Source: Octopus sinensis (taxonomy: Eukaryota). Taken from it: DNA of 36,914 nt. This document shows positions 23,095 through 35,825 of the stretch, one piece after another. The notes beneath the pieces were generated by a model. That model was not told where the DNA came from. It searched no databases and saw only the letters and a list, made by a program, of their open reading frames with translations. Each line of letters starts with the position of its first letter. Within the stretch, counting starts at the first letter, position 1. The translations under genes and the position numbers were made by a program. The stretch spans positions 1 to 36,914 of the forward strand of contig NW_021824661.1 of assembly GCF_006345805.1 (NCBI RefSeq), read 5' to 3'.

Positions 23095-23440
23095 TAGCGT
23101 TTACGCCAAAAAAGTCCAATATTCAGGACCAGATACTGCAACAGCTTGGGTTTGAGAGGACCACAGCTCTTTAACATCCTCCCCAATTGCCTGAGAGACT
23201 TGAATGGTGTGAATGTGGGTTTCTTTAAAACTAAACTGGATCCCTTCTTGCCGGGGGTCCCAGATGAACCTACCTCACAACAAGAGATACAGATGCGGGG
23301 AGCGGCATCGAGCCCTCTTGTTGACCAAGTGCCACGTATCAGAGGTGGATTCACATATTCGTGTAGCTCATTCAGCGGTGGTGCCCCAGCATAGCCGCAG
23401 CCTTCGGGCTGAAGCATTTTAAAGGATTTTAAGGATTAGA
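23095..23440 (+). mobile_element. 3' end of a CR1/L2-group LINE
   Basis: RYCNSLGLRGPQLFNILPNCLRDLNGVNVGFFKTKLDPFLPGVPDEP..RGAASSPLVDQ matches the G..LFN.LP..LR....FK..LD.FL..VPDEP C-terminus. It is followed by the stem-loop CAGCC-TTCG-GGCTG and a (TTTTAAGGA)n tail. Confidence 0.85.
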
Positions 23441-23548
23441 ATAAGCACGGAGTATAGAAGTAAAAATAAGTAGCACTGGGGTCGATTTTCTTGATTAAAC
23501 ATTATTGAAGACTGTTCCTCGGCATGGCTGTAGTCTAATGATCAGTAT
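23440..23548 (+). mobile_element. Decayed family-A-like SINE 3' fragment
   Basis: CTGGGGTCGATTTTCTTGATTAAAC..GGCATGGCTGTAGTCTAATGATCAG resembles the family-A tail. Confidence 0.5.
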
Positions 23549-23769
23549 TAAGGATACCAAAAATCATAATCTCTATATTTCTTATTAACAGCAACATTAC
23601 GAACACAACTAAAATACTCAGAAGCTCCGCCGACTTGTATGAAAGTATAAAAAAACAAATAAAAAAACGATGTTATTTTTCTTTCATATTATATTCAGAT
23701 TATTATTATTATTGTTAGTAATAGTGGATTTATATATCAATAATTTAAGAATTATTAAACGATTTATTT

Positions 23770-24940
<1,171 letters not shown>

Positions 24941-25399
24941 TCGCCCATACAAATACAGAATGAATTACTAATTTCTCAGTGAAGAACACAGAGAGAGATG
25001 GAGGGACAAAGTAGTGTGTGGATAGTTTAGAGAGAGAGGGGGGACGGATGATGTCGGGAGTATGACGTGATGTGATAGAAAACCTTGCAAAACTATAGAA
25101 TGTTGAGGTTGATTAGGGATGCCTAACAAAAGTACCACTCAGGTGTGACTTATTGTTCACTTCAGCATTTTATACAAGGTGATGTGAAGCAAGATTGATT
25201 ACTGGTCCGAATATTTGTAATTTTTAAAATTGAAAATATAAAAATATACAAATAAACGTATTTCTGCCCTATTCACATTCTCAATTAAACACTAATATCT
25301 TCATATATATATATATATATATATGTATGTTTCCTTTATTTCTTTCTGTTCTGTTATTTTAATAATTTGAAAATATTTAAATGTCTTATTTTTATTTCT

Positions 25400-25400
25400 C

Positions 25401-25436
<36 letters not shown>

Positions 25437-25593
25437 GCAAGTAGTAGTAGTAGCAAGGGAGAATGTTGTTCTGCAATGGTCTGTAGTAATGATGCTTTGA
25501 TAATAATAATAATAATAATAATATATAATAATAATAATATATAATAATAATGATAATAATAATAATAATAATAATATAATAACAATAATAATG

Positions 25594-25647
<54 letters not shown>

Positions 25648-25680
25648 TATAATTATTATTATTATTATCATTATTATTTA
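25400..25680. repeat. (CTA)n, (TAG)n, (AAT)n then (ATT)n arrays
   Basis: Direct reading. Confidence 0.93.
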
Positions 25681-26222
25681 CTTTTAATCTGCATATTTGT
25701 TCCAATCATTCACACCGAGACACACCCAGCATTTTAGGGTGAGTGAAGGATAAGAGATGTTACTCTATGACTGAAAGCTTGGAGAGGGGACGAGGCAGGG
25801 GCAGTCGCAAAATATCTTCATGTAATACAACACATGCATTTGAATTTATAGCGTTTTTCTAACTATGTGGGCAGTATTTGTCAGCACAATCTTTTGGATT
25901 TCTCTGAGACAAGGTTTCCAAGGGATATTATCTAGATGTTTCTGACATCCATTAACATACCTAGAGCACCCATAATAACAGGAACAGTTCTCGCTTTACG
26001 ATGTCACATCTTTTGTATTTCAATTTCGAGGTCCTTATATTTACTGAATGTGTCAAATTCCTTTCGAGATATATTTTTATCAGTGTGACCACTTACATCT
26101 ATTAATGTACAAGCATTTTCTGTTCACTCTTTAATGACTATGTCTGGTTAATTATCCTGTATCATTCTCTTTCGTCGTTTTCTGGAAAATCCCCGAGGAT
26201 AATAACACTTTTACCTGCAAAT
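25650..26222 (-). mobile_element. 3' remnant of an R4/Dong-clade non-LTR retrotransposon (REL endonuclease, 3' UTR, (TAA)n tail)
   Basis: Minus strand: VIILGDFP..IIKPDIVIKE..CTLIDVSGHTDKNISRKEFDTFSKYKDLEIEIQKM*HRKARTVPVIMGALGM (frameshift) GCQKHLDNIPWKPCLREIQKIVLTNTAHIVRKTL*, then UTR and TAAATAATAATGATAAT. Confidence 0.9.
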
Positions 26223-26371
26223 ATATATATATAGATATATGAAAATAGTAATGCAATACGAGAGTATTGCTTTCCAGTAAAGACTACGCGGTGAAGCTAT
26301 ACATTAGCATCGTATTTATTACGTTCGCTATTTTCCAGTAAATATCGGTACTTCATTGTGCCATATATTTA

Positions 26372-26411
<40 letters not shown>

Positions 26412-26413
<2 letters not shown>

Positions 26414-26472
26414 GGCGGTGCCCCAGCATGGCCACAGCTCAAGAGCTGAAACTGGAAAAACAAAAAACAAAA
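26412..26472 (+). mobile_element. Isolated retroelement 3' tail (stem-loop plus AAAAC repeat)
   Basis: GGCGGTGCCCCAGCATGGCCACAGCTC-AA-GAGCTGAAAC; near-identical isolated tail at 32123-32182. Confidence 0.7.
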
Positions 26473-26502
26473 TATATATGTATATACATAAAGAGTGAGA
26501 GA

Positions 26503-26660
26503 GTGGAGGTGCATGACGTATTGCTTGGAGTGATGAACTCATGATGGTAAGATATTGTGATTTCCATTCTTGAACCGGGCAACGCGTTGTGTTCTTGAGC
26601 AAAGCACTTCATTTCACGTTGCTCAAGTCCACTCAGCTGGCAAAAATGAGTAATCCTACG
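26503..26660 (+). mobile_element. Diverged SINE, family D (tRNA-like head plus CORE/Meta-like TTGTGTTCTTGAGCAAAGCACTT..CCACTCAGCTGGCAAAAATGAGT)
   Basis: Head GTGGAGGTGCATG.. resembles family C. Related inverted copy at ~30215-30510. Confidence 0.7.
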
Positions 26661-26775
26661 ACGAATAACCAAATGGATGAAATCTGATGAAGGTGCACTG
26701 TCAATATTGCAAGGCTGCATTTGGAAAAGTGAGTAGTCGCTACAGCAGAAACACGTGTAGCAGAAATTGAGAGTA

Positions 26776-26807
<32 letters not shown>

Positions 26808-26811
<4 letters not shown>

Positions 26812-26960
26812 GGAATTCAGAGAAAAAAGAAGACGAAGACAGGTGTATAAGCTACAAGCAGATGTATTAGTTTCACGCTCGGGAATGTTAGAAAAGGCTT
26901 TATATTTCGAGCCTACGCTCTTCAACAGAAAGGAACACAAAGAAGTAAACAGAGACAATA
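26808..26960 (-). mobile_element. Dispersed repeat with hammerhead-like motif (copy 3 of 3)
   Basis: Minus strand CCTTT-CTGTTGA-A-GAGC-GTAG-GCTC-GAAA-TA-TA-AAG at ~26895-26933. Confidence 0.72.
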
Positions 26961-26996
26961 AAAAATCGTGTAGAGTTAACGGTTAATCATAGATTG

Positions 26997-26999
<3 letters not shown>

Positions 27000-27034
<35 letters not shown>

Positions 27035-27064
27035 TAGATAGATAGATAGATAATATATAGATAA

Positions 27065-27130
<66 letters not shown>

Positions 27131-27139
27131 TATAGATAA

Positions 27140-27219
<80 letters not shown>

Positions 27220-28004
27220 CAAAGTGTATATTTTCCAGTATCCTATCTCTGTAGCAATACATTTCACATTAGATTGGTGCTTGTGGATGCGTATATACCT
27301 GAACATTAGTGAGCCATTGTGTGTATGTCTACCTATGTATACATGCATACATACATACATACATACATACATACATACATACATACATACATACATACAT
27401 ACATGCAGGCATACATATATATATATATTAAGTATAGACGTTATAAATATAAGTATTTAAACATGTCTATATCTTTGGTAGAATTAAAATTTAACAATCT
27501 TTGAAAAGAAGCATCTTACTTGCAAACCATTTGCCTAAAAATAGATTACCTTTTGTAAAGAGGTTTTTGAATTTCTTTACAATAAAGAAACCGAAGAAAG
27601 ACTCGACAAAAAGAAGGAAAAAAAAACAAGAAACCTAATTTCCATTAAAGGAAATCACACCGAAACTTCTATATTTCAAACAATGATAGTTATATACGCG
27701 TGTCTCTCTAGGAATAGTTATCTGCCTGTATTAGTGTCTTTGACCGTAATAGTCTGCAGAAGTATACTTAGAATACTTATATATATATATATATATATAT
27801 TTTTGTGTGTATGTATAAATATGCATATATGTATGTATATTGTATGTATATATACATATATACATGTATATTTGTATAATATATATATAATATAAATATA
27901 ATATTATTTATTTATGTATATATACATATATGTATATGTATATGTATATATATATTTATATATATACATATGTATATATATATGTATATACATATATGTA
28001 TATG

Positions 28005-28046
<42 letters not shown>

Positions 28047-28138
28047 TATATATATGAATAGACATATATGCATGTGTGTATGTGTATGTGCACGTGTCAG
28101 TATAAGCATATATATATATATATATATAGCATATATAT

Positions 28139-28190
<52 letters not shown>

Positions 28191-28400
28191 CATTTATTTT
28201 TCTATATAGGCTTTTGTAATTTTATATTTTCATAAATAATATGTGTGTGTGCATATGTGTATGTTTGTATATAATTGTATGTATTACTGTCACTACATAC
28301 ACATTTATATTCATACACACATATGCATACACCCACATAGACATACATTCAATAATATACGGTGTGCGTGTGTGTATTAGTGAGCGTTAGTGTATATGTG
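27000..28400. repeat. (GA)n, (GATA)n, (TACA)n and long (TA)/(TG) degenerate fields with short unique spacers
   Basis: Direct reading. The GATA array has a 75-bp internal repeat (TAATATATAGATAAA at 27051 and 27126). Confidence 0.9.
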
Positions 28401-29127
28401 TGTGAGTGTGTGTGATAGTTAAGAATGGTAACTAACTGCAGTGAATGAACCGAAGCTGATGATCATATACATACCGGGTGCTTAAAACATACACACTCCC
28501 ATACACATGTTCGCACACACGCTCGCATATACTGACACTTATACACGCGCATATACGCGTGTATTTCTGGGTGCGCGCGTACGAGCCTGTGCGCCCATAC
28601 ATGTGTTCTCTGACATTGAGTGACAGCGAAAGAGGCATAATTGAACGTTTCAAGGAACGTTGGTTCCTTGAAACAAACGTTTTTAAATTTAAAATTCTAT
28701 GCTGTAACTAAGATATTTCATAATTTTTAGTACCCTAGACCTTCAGTCATCGATACAGGATGATAACAGTTATTGATATTCTGGTAGTTAATGCCTGTTT
28801 TCAGCAACGATTTGGTAATTGCAAGGAGTTCACAGGCATGTCTTCGGAATTACTGTGCCTTATTTTTTAAGAGTCCCATTATCGATTCGTGTTAGGGTGG
28901 GACGATCGAAACATTCCCAAGCATCCCTAAGTGTAACTAGCACTCATATATGTGTGTGTATGTGCGCGTGATTGTGTGTGTGATTGTGTGCGAGTTTGCA
29001 TATGCATATATATATATATATATATATATGAATAAACACATTCACACAAACACAGACACATACACCCGCTCACACATATATGTATATATATATATATTTG
29101 CTTGTGCGGTGTTTGTGTATGTATATA

Positions 29128-29278
29128 CAGGCGAAGGCGTGGTTATGTGGTGAGAAGCTTGCTTCCCAACCATATGCTTACGGCTTCAATCCCACTTCGT
29201 GGCATCTTGTGCAAGTGTCTGCAACTGTAGAATTAGGATTGGATTCGGTAGACGGAAACAGAAAAAAATCCTGCGTAT
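29128..29278 (+). mobile_element. Diverged 5' half of a family-A-related SINE
   Basis: CAGGCGAAGGCGTGGTTATGTGGTGAGAAGCTTGCTTCCCAACC..GTGGCATCTTGTGCAAGTGTC..GGTAGACGGAAAC. Confidence 0.75.
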
Positions 29279-29288
29279 ATAGAATATG

Positions 29289-29338
<50 letters not shown>

Positions 29339-29344
29339 TATTAA

Positions 29345-29600
29345 AAGTAAATAAATGGAGTTGAACGCAGATGTTATTCAAATTAATTTTACTGCACATT
29401 AACCCGGAGTTTCTACCTTTGAATAGGTCGCTACATCCTTGTTACTTGCGTGAATGTTGCTACCCTGGTAACTGTTTATTGAAATTTCCGTGTTAACTGT
29501 AAACTGTCCCGCCCCCTGAGGCCCATCCTCTCATCTACTGTGCTTCTGTTGTCCTAGGAGACGAACATTTCGAACAGTTCCTGTATCTCTCGGTGTTTGT
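29345..29600 (+). mobile_element. Second copy of the repeat at 12555-12840 (probable PLE terminal repeat), lacking the hammerhead-bearing segment at the same position
   Basis: Two colinear homology blocks with 12558-12598 and 12761-12837. Confidence 0.5.
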
Positions 29601-30214
29601 GTGTTCGCCCACGTCGTTGCCATCGTGATAGTTGTTGTTGTTGTTGTTGTTGCCATCGCTGTCACCGCCGTTGCTACTGTCGTTGTTAGTCGTGTTGTTC
29701 ATATTCTTGTGGCTGTCCGTGAAGTTCTTGCGTGGGTGTATGGACTTGCTCCGTATGTTTTTTTGTATCCATGCCCTTTCAATAGATTTATTTATTTCTA
29801 TATCTATCTATCTCTATTTCTTATATGTATCACAGATATGTGCATAAATGTCTGCTGTGTGCGTATTACCCTGAATTACCCTTATTAATTACAGTTTTTC
29901 CTCTCTCTTCTCCCTTCTTTCTTTAGACATGTGGTGTAATGTGGTGGTGGATGTTACCGTTCTACTCATGTGTTGTATTGTGGATTTGTCAGTTTCTTTC
30001 AAGTCATCCAACCCATGCCGACATAGAAAACAGATGTTAAATGATGATGATGAAAACACTGCTTTGAGCAATGTTTTCTAATAAGTTAATTTTTATACAG
30101 ACACACACTGTCAATACATTAAGTAAACATTTCTTCAAATCTCCATTGGAGACTACAGAATGTATTTCTCTTACAACTTTATATTTAGCTTGATACAGGT
30201 CAATGATCTCCTGA

Positions 30215-30510
30215 TCCGCTGCAATGAGTGCCTCGACAGTTTTTACTTAATTCTAAAATGGGAAGAAATAGGTCCCTCGCTCAGGGACACGTGTGCCCCT
30301 TAATATAGATTTCAAGGGGATTCAGATTGACACAGAATATGCCATGGTTGGCCCTGTGAAATATAGTTACAGCTTAGTTTTGGCAACTGAATGGACTGGA
30401 GCAACGTGAAAAAAAAATTGTCATGCTCTAGGACTCGGCGCAAGACCGGGAATTGATCTCATGTCTTTACGAGTTTGACTAGAATAACCTAACCATTTAA
30501 ACACGTGCAT
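30215..30510 (-). mobile_element. Diverged family-D SINE
   Basis: TTTTGGCAACTGAATGGACTGGAGCAACGTGAAA is the reverse complement of the family-D core at ~26610-26650. Confidence 0.6.
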
Positions 30511-31819
30511 TAACTAATGATACTTAATATTCTTTTCTATTCAACAGAAAATCTATCCGGTAAGCCAGTGAATAAAACCTGCTAAATTTTCTCTAAAGTA
30601 TATCCTAACTCTTATTGGGTTATGTTATACTAAAAGGTGAATATAATGTTCATAATAATTGTTATGGGCAGTAGGCCTATGTCATCGGTCTGTAGACATG
30701 GTCTGGGAACTGGCAGCAAGATCGATATTCCGCTGATGAGTCTTAGTAGAAAGGTGGTGCTTTTGAAGTGGGTGATGAATGAACAACGCGACGCAAATAT
30801 TTATAATTGAATGTCCCCAAACATTTGTGTTTCTCCATAGAAAATTTATCTACCAAAGGGAAATCAAAACAGCTTGGAGTTTACTAGAAGGTGACTTAAC
30901 ATATTTACGAAGCAAGTATGTTACTCATTCAAGCATAAGTGGATTAGAAAGGAATGGCACATTTGACAACGTAGTTTCAGGATAGGCAAACAAAAAGAAA
31001 AAAAAAGAAACAAAGACAGGAAAGGCTATGTATTTCAACGTCTTTCATCATAGATTTTGCTCATTCACAGATGAATTGAGATTAAACAACACCAACAACA
31101 TCAAGGATGACACGATAGCCTAGCGACATAAAAAGATTGCGCTGAATGCAATACTGATTATTGTGTGTGACGTATAAGAATCGCGCTTTATAACAACATG
31201 GCACAATAATGACTGCCTCCGTGGACATCAAACAAGTGTCCTCAGGAGAAAATGTGACATGATGAAAATAAGATGGTTATTAAATTCATATTTAGAAGGG
31301 ATTGTCAAAGGGAATTAATTGTCGTCTTATTTATATCGACACCGCGCCTATGCCTGATTTTCAAAGAAGTGGATCACATGCTGACATATTTGCGTAAAAC
31401 ACATATGTACATACGTGGCTGCGTGCACGTATATGTATACATGTTTGTGGGTGCGTGTGAGTTGGTGGATGGCTCTGTGTATGTTTATGTGTTTGTGTGC
31501 ATGTACGTGTGTTTCTATAATTTCGTTCGTTACACACTAATTACAAAAGCAAAGCTGTAGTTTAAAAGTCGAATAAAAGTGGAACTCGTTTCGTGTTAAT
31601 TATATTTGTGTATATATATATATATATATATATATGCATGTGTGTGTATATGTGTGTGTATGTATTAATACATGGTGCAAAAATTGTATATAACTGGAAA
31701 ACGGAGTAAAAAGTGGGCTGAGAGCTCAGCTTGGGAGGTCGTTCATTCCAACGGAAATTGAACCGTTCTTGGGCGCATTCTTAAACACTGTGTCTTTGTT
31801 TGTATGTGTGTGTGTGAAT

Positions 31820-32010
31820 TTGTGTTTGTCATCCACCAGCGCCTGACAACCGGTGTGTGTTTGATTATGACCCCGTAACTTAGCGCTTTGGGAAGAGGAG
31901 AGAACGCTAGTATAAGTACCAGGCTTAACAAATAGATAAGCATTCAGTCCACTAAAATTTGTTCAAGGCAGTGGCCAAATATGGCGACAGATTAATGATT
32001 GAAAAAAAAA
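31820..32010 (+). mobile_element. Decayed family-A SINE 3' half
   Basis: TGACAACCGGTG..CCCCGTAACTTAGCG..TAAGTACCAGGCTT..AAGGCAGTG..ATGATTGAAA. Confidence 0.65.
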
Positions 32011-32049
32011 ACCCTCGTGGGCAATAAAGAATCAGACTAATTATGTACG

Positions 32050-32107
<58 letters not shown>

Positions 32108-32122
32108 ACACACACACACACA

Positions 32123-32182
32123 TGCCCCAGCATGGCCACAGCTCATGAGCTGAAACTGGAATCAATCAATCAATCAATCAAT
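32123..32182 (+). mobile_element. Isolated retroelement 3' tail (stem-loop plus (AATC)n)
   Basis: TGCCCCAGCATGGCCACAGCTC-AT-GAGCTGAAACTGG-(AATC)n. Confidence 0.7.
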
Positions 32183-32737
32183 ATATAATATATATATACA
32201 AACGCTTATATGTGAATATATAAATAAGTCTGTTTGTCTCCATACAGCTTCGGATGTTTTTGCGTACACAATGATATATGATGGCCGTTCTGAATTTACT
32301 ACACATTATAGTAAATTAGAAATCTACCGTCATATCCAACTCATCCCGTGAGGTATTACTGTTAAAAGCATCTCACTAAAAGTTTATTGCCTTCACTCGT
32401 AAAGGTTGGCAAATTACGAATCCGTAGGAATTTTCTCTTCATGTAACATATTTCAGTTCGTATCAAAACAATTATCAGCCGATAGGAAATATCAGACGTG
32501 AAGGTGTGAGGCAACGAGCGTACGATGGAAGAAAGTCTTGGAGAAAGTTGAGAATTTTTTTTTTTCTCTGATGTATGTGACATGCCAGCTTCGCTTGCAT
32601 TCAATCTACAATGGACGCATCTTCTGCAAATTTTAATTGGAAATCTTCCCTATATGTCTTTAACCAATATCGCTTTCTTATCATATCTATGGTTTCTGAG
32701 AATGGCTAGTAGCAGTAGTAGTAGTGGTGGTAGTAGC

Positions 32738-32769
<32 letters not shown>

Positions 32770-32879
32770 GAGTAGTAGTAGTAGTAGTAGTAGTAGTAAG
32801 TGTTGTTGTCGTCGTTGTTGTAGTTGTTGTAGTTGTAGTTCTTGTTGCAGCTATTGTAGGTTTATTTTATGAAAAGTGT

Positions 32880-33065
32880 GACGATATGGCAGAATCGTAA
32901 TCGGGTCGAGAGACATTTCTTCCGACTCTTCAATTTCTGCGTTCGAAACCCGCTGATGCTGACTTTACTCTTCATATCTTTCGAGGTCGATGAAATAAGT
33001 ACACTTGAGCACTGGGTTGGTGTAACCGATTTGGATCTGTAGCGTACGCTTAGGGAAATTCCTCT
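32880..33065 (+). mobile_element. Decayed family-B SINE
   Basis: GGCAGAATCG..GTTCGAAACCCGC..GACTTT..TTTCGAGGTCGATGAAATAAGTAC..CACTGGG. Confidence 0.6.
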
Positions 33066-33093
33066 CTCTGTTATATATATACACAAATACGGA

Positions 33094-33252
33094 CGTAGTA
33101 GATAACAGCTAGCCTGTTGTGTCCACCGCTTTGATTGGTTGGTATTGGGGCAGTTTGTCTCTTACTCTATTGCGCGACAATACCAACCAATCAGAATAGT
33201 GGACAAAACAGGGTCCAAAAAGGCGGCCGAAGGGTAGCTGTTATCTACTACG
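33094..33252. mobile_element. Hairpin MITE
   Basis: ACGTAGTAGATAACAGCTA (33093-33111) is the perfect reverse complement of TAGCTGTTATCTACTACGT (33235-33253). A second inverted pair (~33113-33147 / 33178-33212) is ~30/35 complementary. Right flank TA, left flank GA (possibly a mutated TA TSD). Confidence 0.85.
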
Positions 33253-33300
33253 TACTAATGTTCCTAGTCCCGTCCTCCTGTTCTCTAGCTCCAATTGTTT

Positions 33301-33696
33301 TACTCTTTTACTCTTCTACTTGTTTCAGTCATTTGACTGCGGCCATGCTGGAGCACCGCCTTTTAGTCGAGCAAATCGACCCCGGGACTTATTCTTTGTA
33401 AGCCCAGTACTTATTATATCGCTCTCTTTTGCCGAACCGCTAAGTGACGGCGACATAAACACACCAGCATCGGTTGTCAAGCAATGCTAGGGGGACAAAC
33501 ACAGACACACAAACATACACACACACATATATATACATATATACGGCGGGCTTCTTTCAGTTTCCGTCTACCAAATCCACTCACTAGGCTTTGGTCGGCC
33601 CGAGGCTATAGTACAAGACACTTGCCCAAGATGCCACGCAGTGGGACTGAACCCGGAACCATGTGGCTGGTTAGCAAGCTACTTACCACACAGCCA
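33301..33696 (-). mobile_element. Family-A CORE-type SINE, a few nt 5'-truncated
   Basis: Same structure as 385-800 but lacks the first ~12 nt of the head. Confidence 0.92.
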
Positions 33697-33969
33697 TTAG
33701 TTTAATACATATTGTTTTATACCTATTACACTATTTTTCTTTCATTTTTGTAACCGGGTGTCGAAGTGGGGTTACTGGATCGTGTGAATTATGCGATTCT
33801 GCACCTCACCCACACACCGTCACAAAAACTGGAAAAAAATAGTGTACTAGGTGTAATATAATGTGAAGTAAACTCACATTTACTAGTCCTTATGTCGATC
33901 ATATCGGCTAAATCCATCAACTCAAGTTTAATGCGTTTCACCTTAAATCGGAGCCAACATTTATTATCG

Positions 33970-34530
33970 TTATGGCAGTGGATTAGCAGAATCTTTTATA
34001 GCGTTAGATGAAATGCTTTGCCTCATTTCTTTCGTTCCCAAACGATGCGATTGCAAATCATGTCTTGGCCAAAATATTCTTTCATCCCTCCAAAGTCTAT
34101 AAAACATACGTCAAGTACTGATGCAGAAGGACGCTAACCACTAGGTAGACTTCCCGCCAAAATCGATGGTCTTGTGCCGAAAATAGAAGCAATGTTTCTT
34201 CTTCTTCTTCTTCTTCTTCTTCTTCTTCTTCTTCTTCTTCTTCTTCTTCTTCTTCTTCTTCTTCTTCTCTTCTCCTTCTTCTCCTTCTCTTATTCTTCTT
34301 CTTCTCCTCTTCCTCCTCTTCCTCCCCTCTTTCTTCTTTTTTCTTCTTCTTCTTTTTCTACTTCTCCTTCTTCTATTTCTTCTTTTTTTTCCTCTTCTTC
34401 TACTTTTCCTTCTATTTCTTCTTCTTCTCCTCATCATCATCCTTCTTCTTCTTCTTCTTTTTCTTCTTCTTCTTCTTCTTCCTCCACTTCTTCTTCTTCT
34501 TCTTCTTCTCTTCCTCCTACTTCTTCTTCA
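33970..34530 (+). mobile_element. Decayed family-B SINE (33970-34195) running into a long (TTC)n/(TCC)n tract
   Basis: GGCAG..TTAGCAGAATC..GAAATGC..TTTCATCCC..CAAAATCGATGGTCTTGTGCCGAAAATAGAAGC then (TTC)n. Confidence 0.65.
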
Positions 34531-34559
34531 TTATTTATTTCTCAAATATCTAATATAAA

Positions 34560-35680
34560 TCCTTTGTCATGTCCCTTAATGTGATAGTATCTCCCTTTCA
34601 GTGATGTAAACCCCATCCTCGAGCCTAAATTCCATGCCAATATCTTTGCTAAACATCTGCACAGTTTCTGTCAAACTCTCAAATTTTTTCTCAATCTTTC
34701 CGAATAGAATTAGATCATCCGTAAACCACAGGTTGTTACTTTCACCCTATGCCTAGCTTGTATGCGACACGCATGTTTCTTTAAACGCTCGTTAATGACA
34801 GCATGCAGACGACAAATAGGAGAGGCGACAGACTGTCCTCTTGAAAGATTCATCTTTTGATATTTACTTTTGATATTATCTCCGAGCTTATCTCCCTTTG
34901 CTGTGTATTCAGTTCGCCATGTTGTCATATATATTTTTTTATTAACCTCAGGATATTGTGGGAGACCTCAAGCAGTTTAAGGCATTTAATAATCCATGGC
35001 ATATGCTTTCCTGTAGTCCACCCAAGTCATCGCCAAATTTCTGTGTCTCTTCTTGCAGTCAGCCAGTTTTATCGATTAGTATTTGATCCTCCGTTTCTTC
35101 GCTCTTGCGTCTAGACCCTCTTTATTCCACTGCCAGTAGGTCGTTCTCATCTAGGTATTTATAGATGCTGCTTGATATGATGCCCGTCATCAGTTTCCAC
35201 ATTAGTGGTAAACAACATATTTATTTCTTTACTACCCACAAGGGGCTAAACATAGAGGGGACAAACAAGGACAGACAAAGGGATTAAGTCGATTACATCG
35301 ACCCCAGTGCGTAACTGGTACTTTATTTATCGACCCCGAAAGGATGAAAGGCAAAGTCGACCTCGGCGGAATTTGAACTCAGAACGTAACGACAGACGAA
35401 ATACCGATAAGCATTTCGCCCGGCGCGTTAACGTTTCTGCCAGCTGGCCACCTATGTGGTAAACAATATATTGTTTACTTGGGTCCTTCTGACATAGAAT
35501 CGTTCTCCCTTTTGTCATCCAAGCTGCTACTGGATGTCACTACTCAGTATCTCAACTATCTCTCTCGCAATCCTCCTGAGCAGTCTCTCGTTCTGTGTGC
35601 TTGAAAACTTTAAACACTCTTGTAGATTGTTGGCTTGATTTATAAGCCTACTCACTGTATTTTATTCTGATCCTAACTTG
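34560..35680 (-). mobile_element. Decayed R4/Dong-clade reverse-transcriptase region, split by a family-B SINE
   Basis: Minus strand: WMTKGRTILCQKDPSK..[SINE]..ICCLPLMWKLMTGIIS..DQILIDK..DCKKRHRNLAMTWVDYRKAY..WIIKCL..IFQEDSLSPLLFVVCM..WFTDDLILFGK..FSKDIGMEF. Multiple stops and frameshifts. Confidence 0.88.
35222..35453 (-). mobile_element. Family-B SINE, young, tail type i
   Basis: Reverse complement of 10635-10865. TSD GTGGTAAACAA(C/T)ATATT at 35205-35221 and 35456-35472. Confidence 0.92.
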
Positions 35681-35689
35681 GTGTAGTTC

Positions 35690-35825
35690 CTTCGGCAAAG
35701 AGACCGATAAAATAAGCACTAGGCTTACAAAGAATAAGTCCTGGGGTAGATTTGCTCGACTAAAGGCAGTGCTCCAGCATGACCGCAGTCAAATGACTGA
35801 AACAAATAACAGAGTAAAACAGTAA
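35690..35825 (+). mobile_element. Family-A SINE 3' half (5'-truncated)
   Basis: TTCGGCAAAGAGACCGATAAAATAAG..GGCTTACAAAGAATAAGTCCTGGGG..CAGTCAAATGACTGAAAC. Confidence 0.85.

Noticed and set aside
26990-27220. Regularly interrupted (GATA)n arrays that look CRISPR-like (also 16330-16815)
   Set aside because: No unique spacers and no cas genes. These are higher-order microsatellite duplications in a eukaryote.
30735-30760. CTGATGAGTCTTAGTAGAAAGG, hammerhead-like
   Set aside because: Stem II cannot close with G10.1-C11.1, and there is no stem III/UH or stem I.
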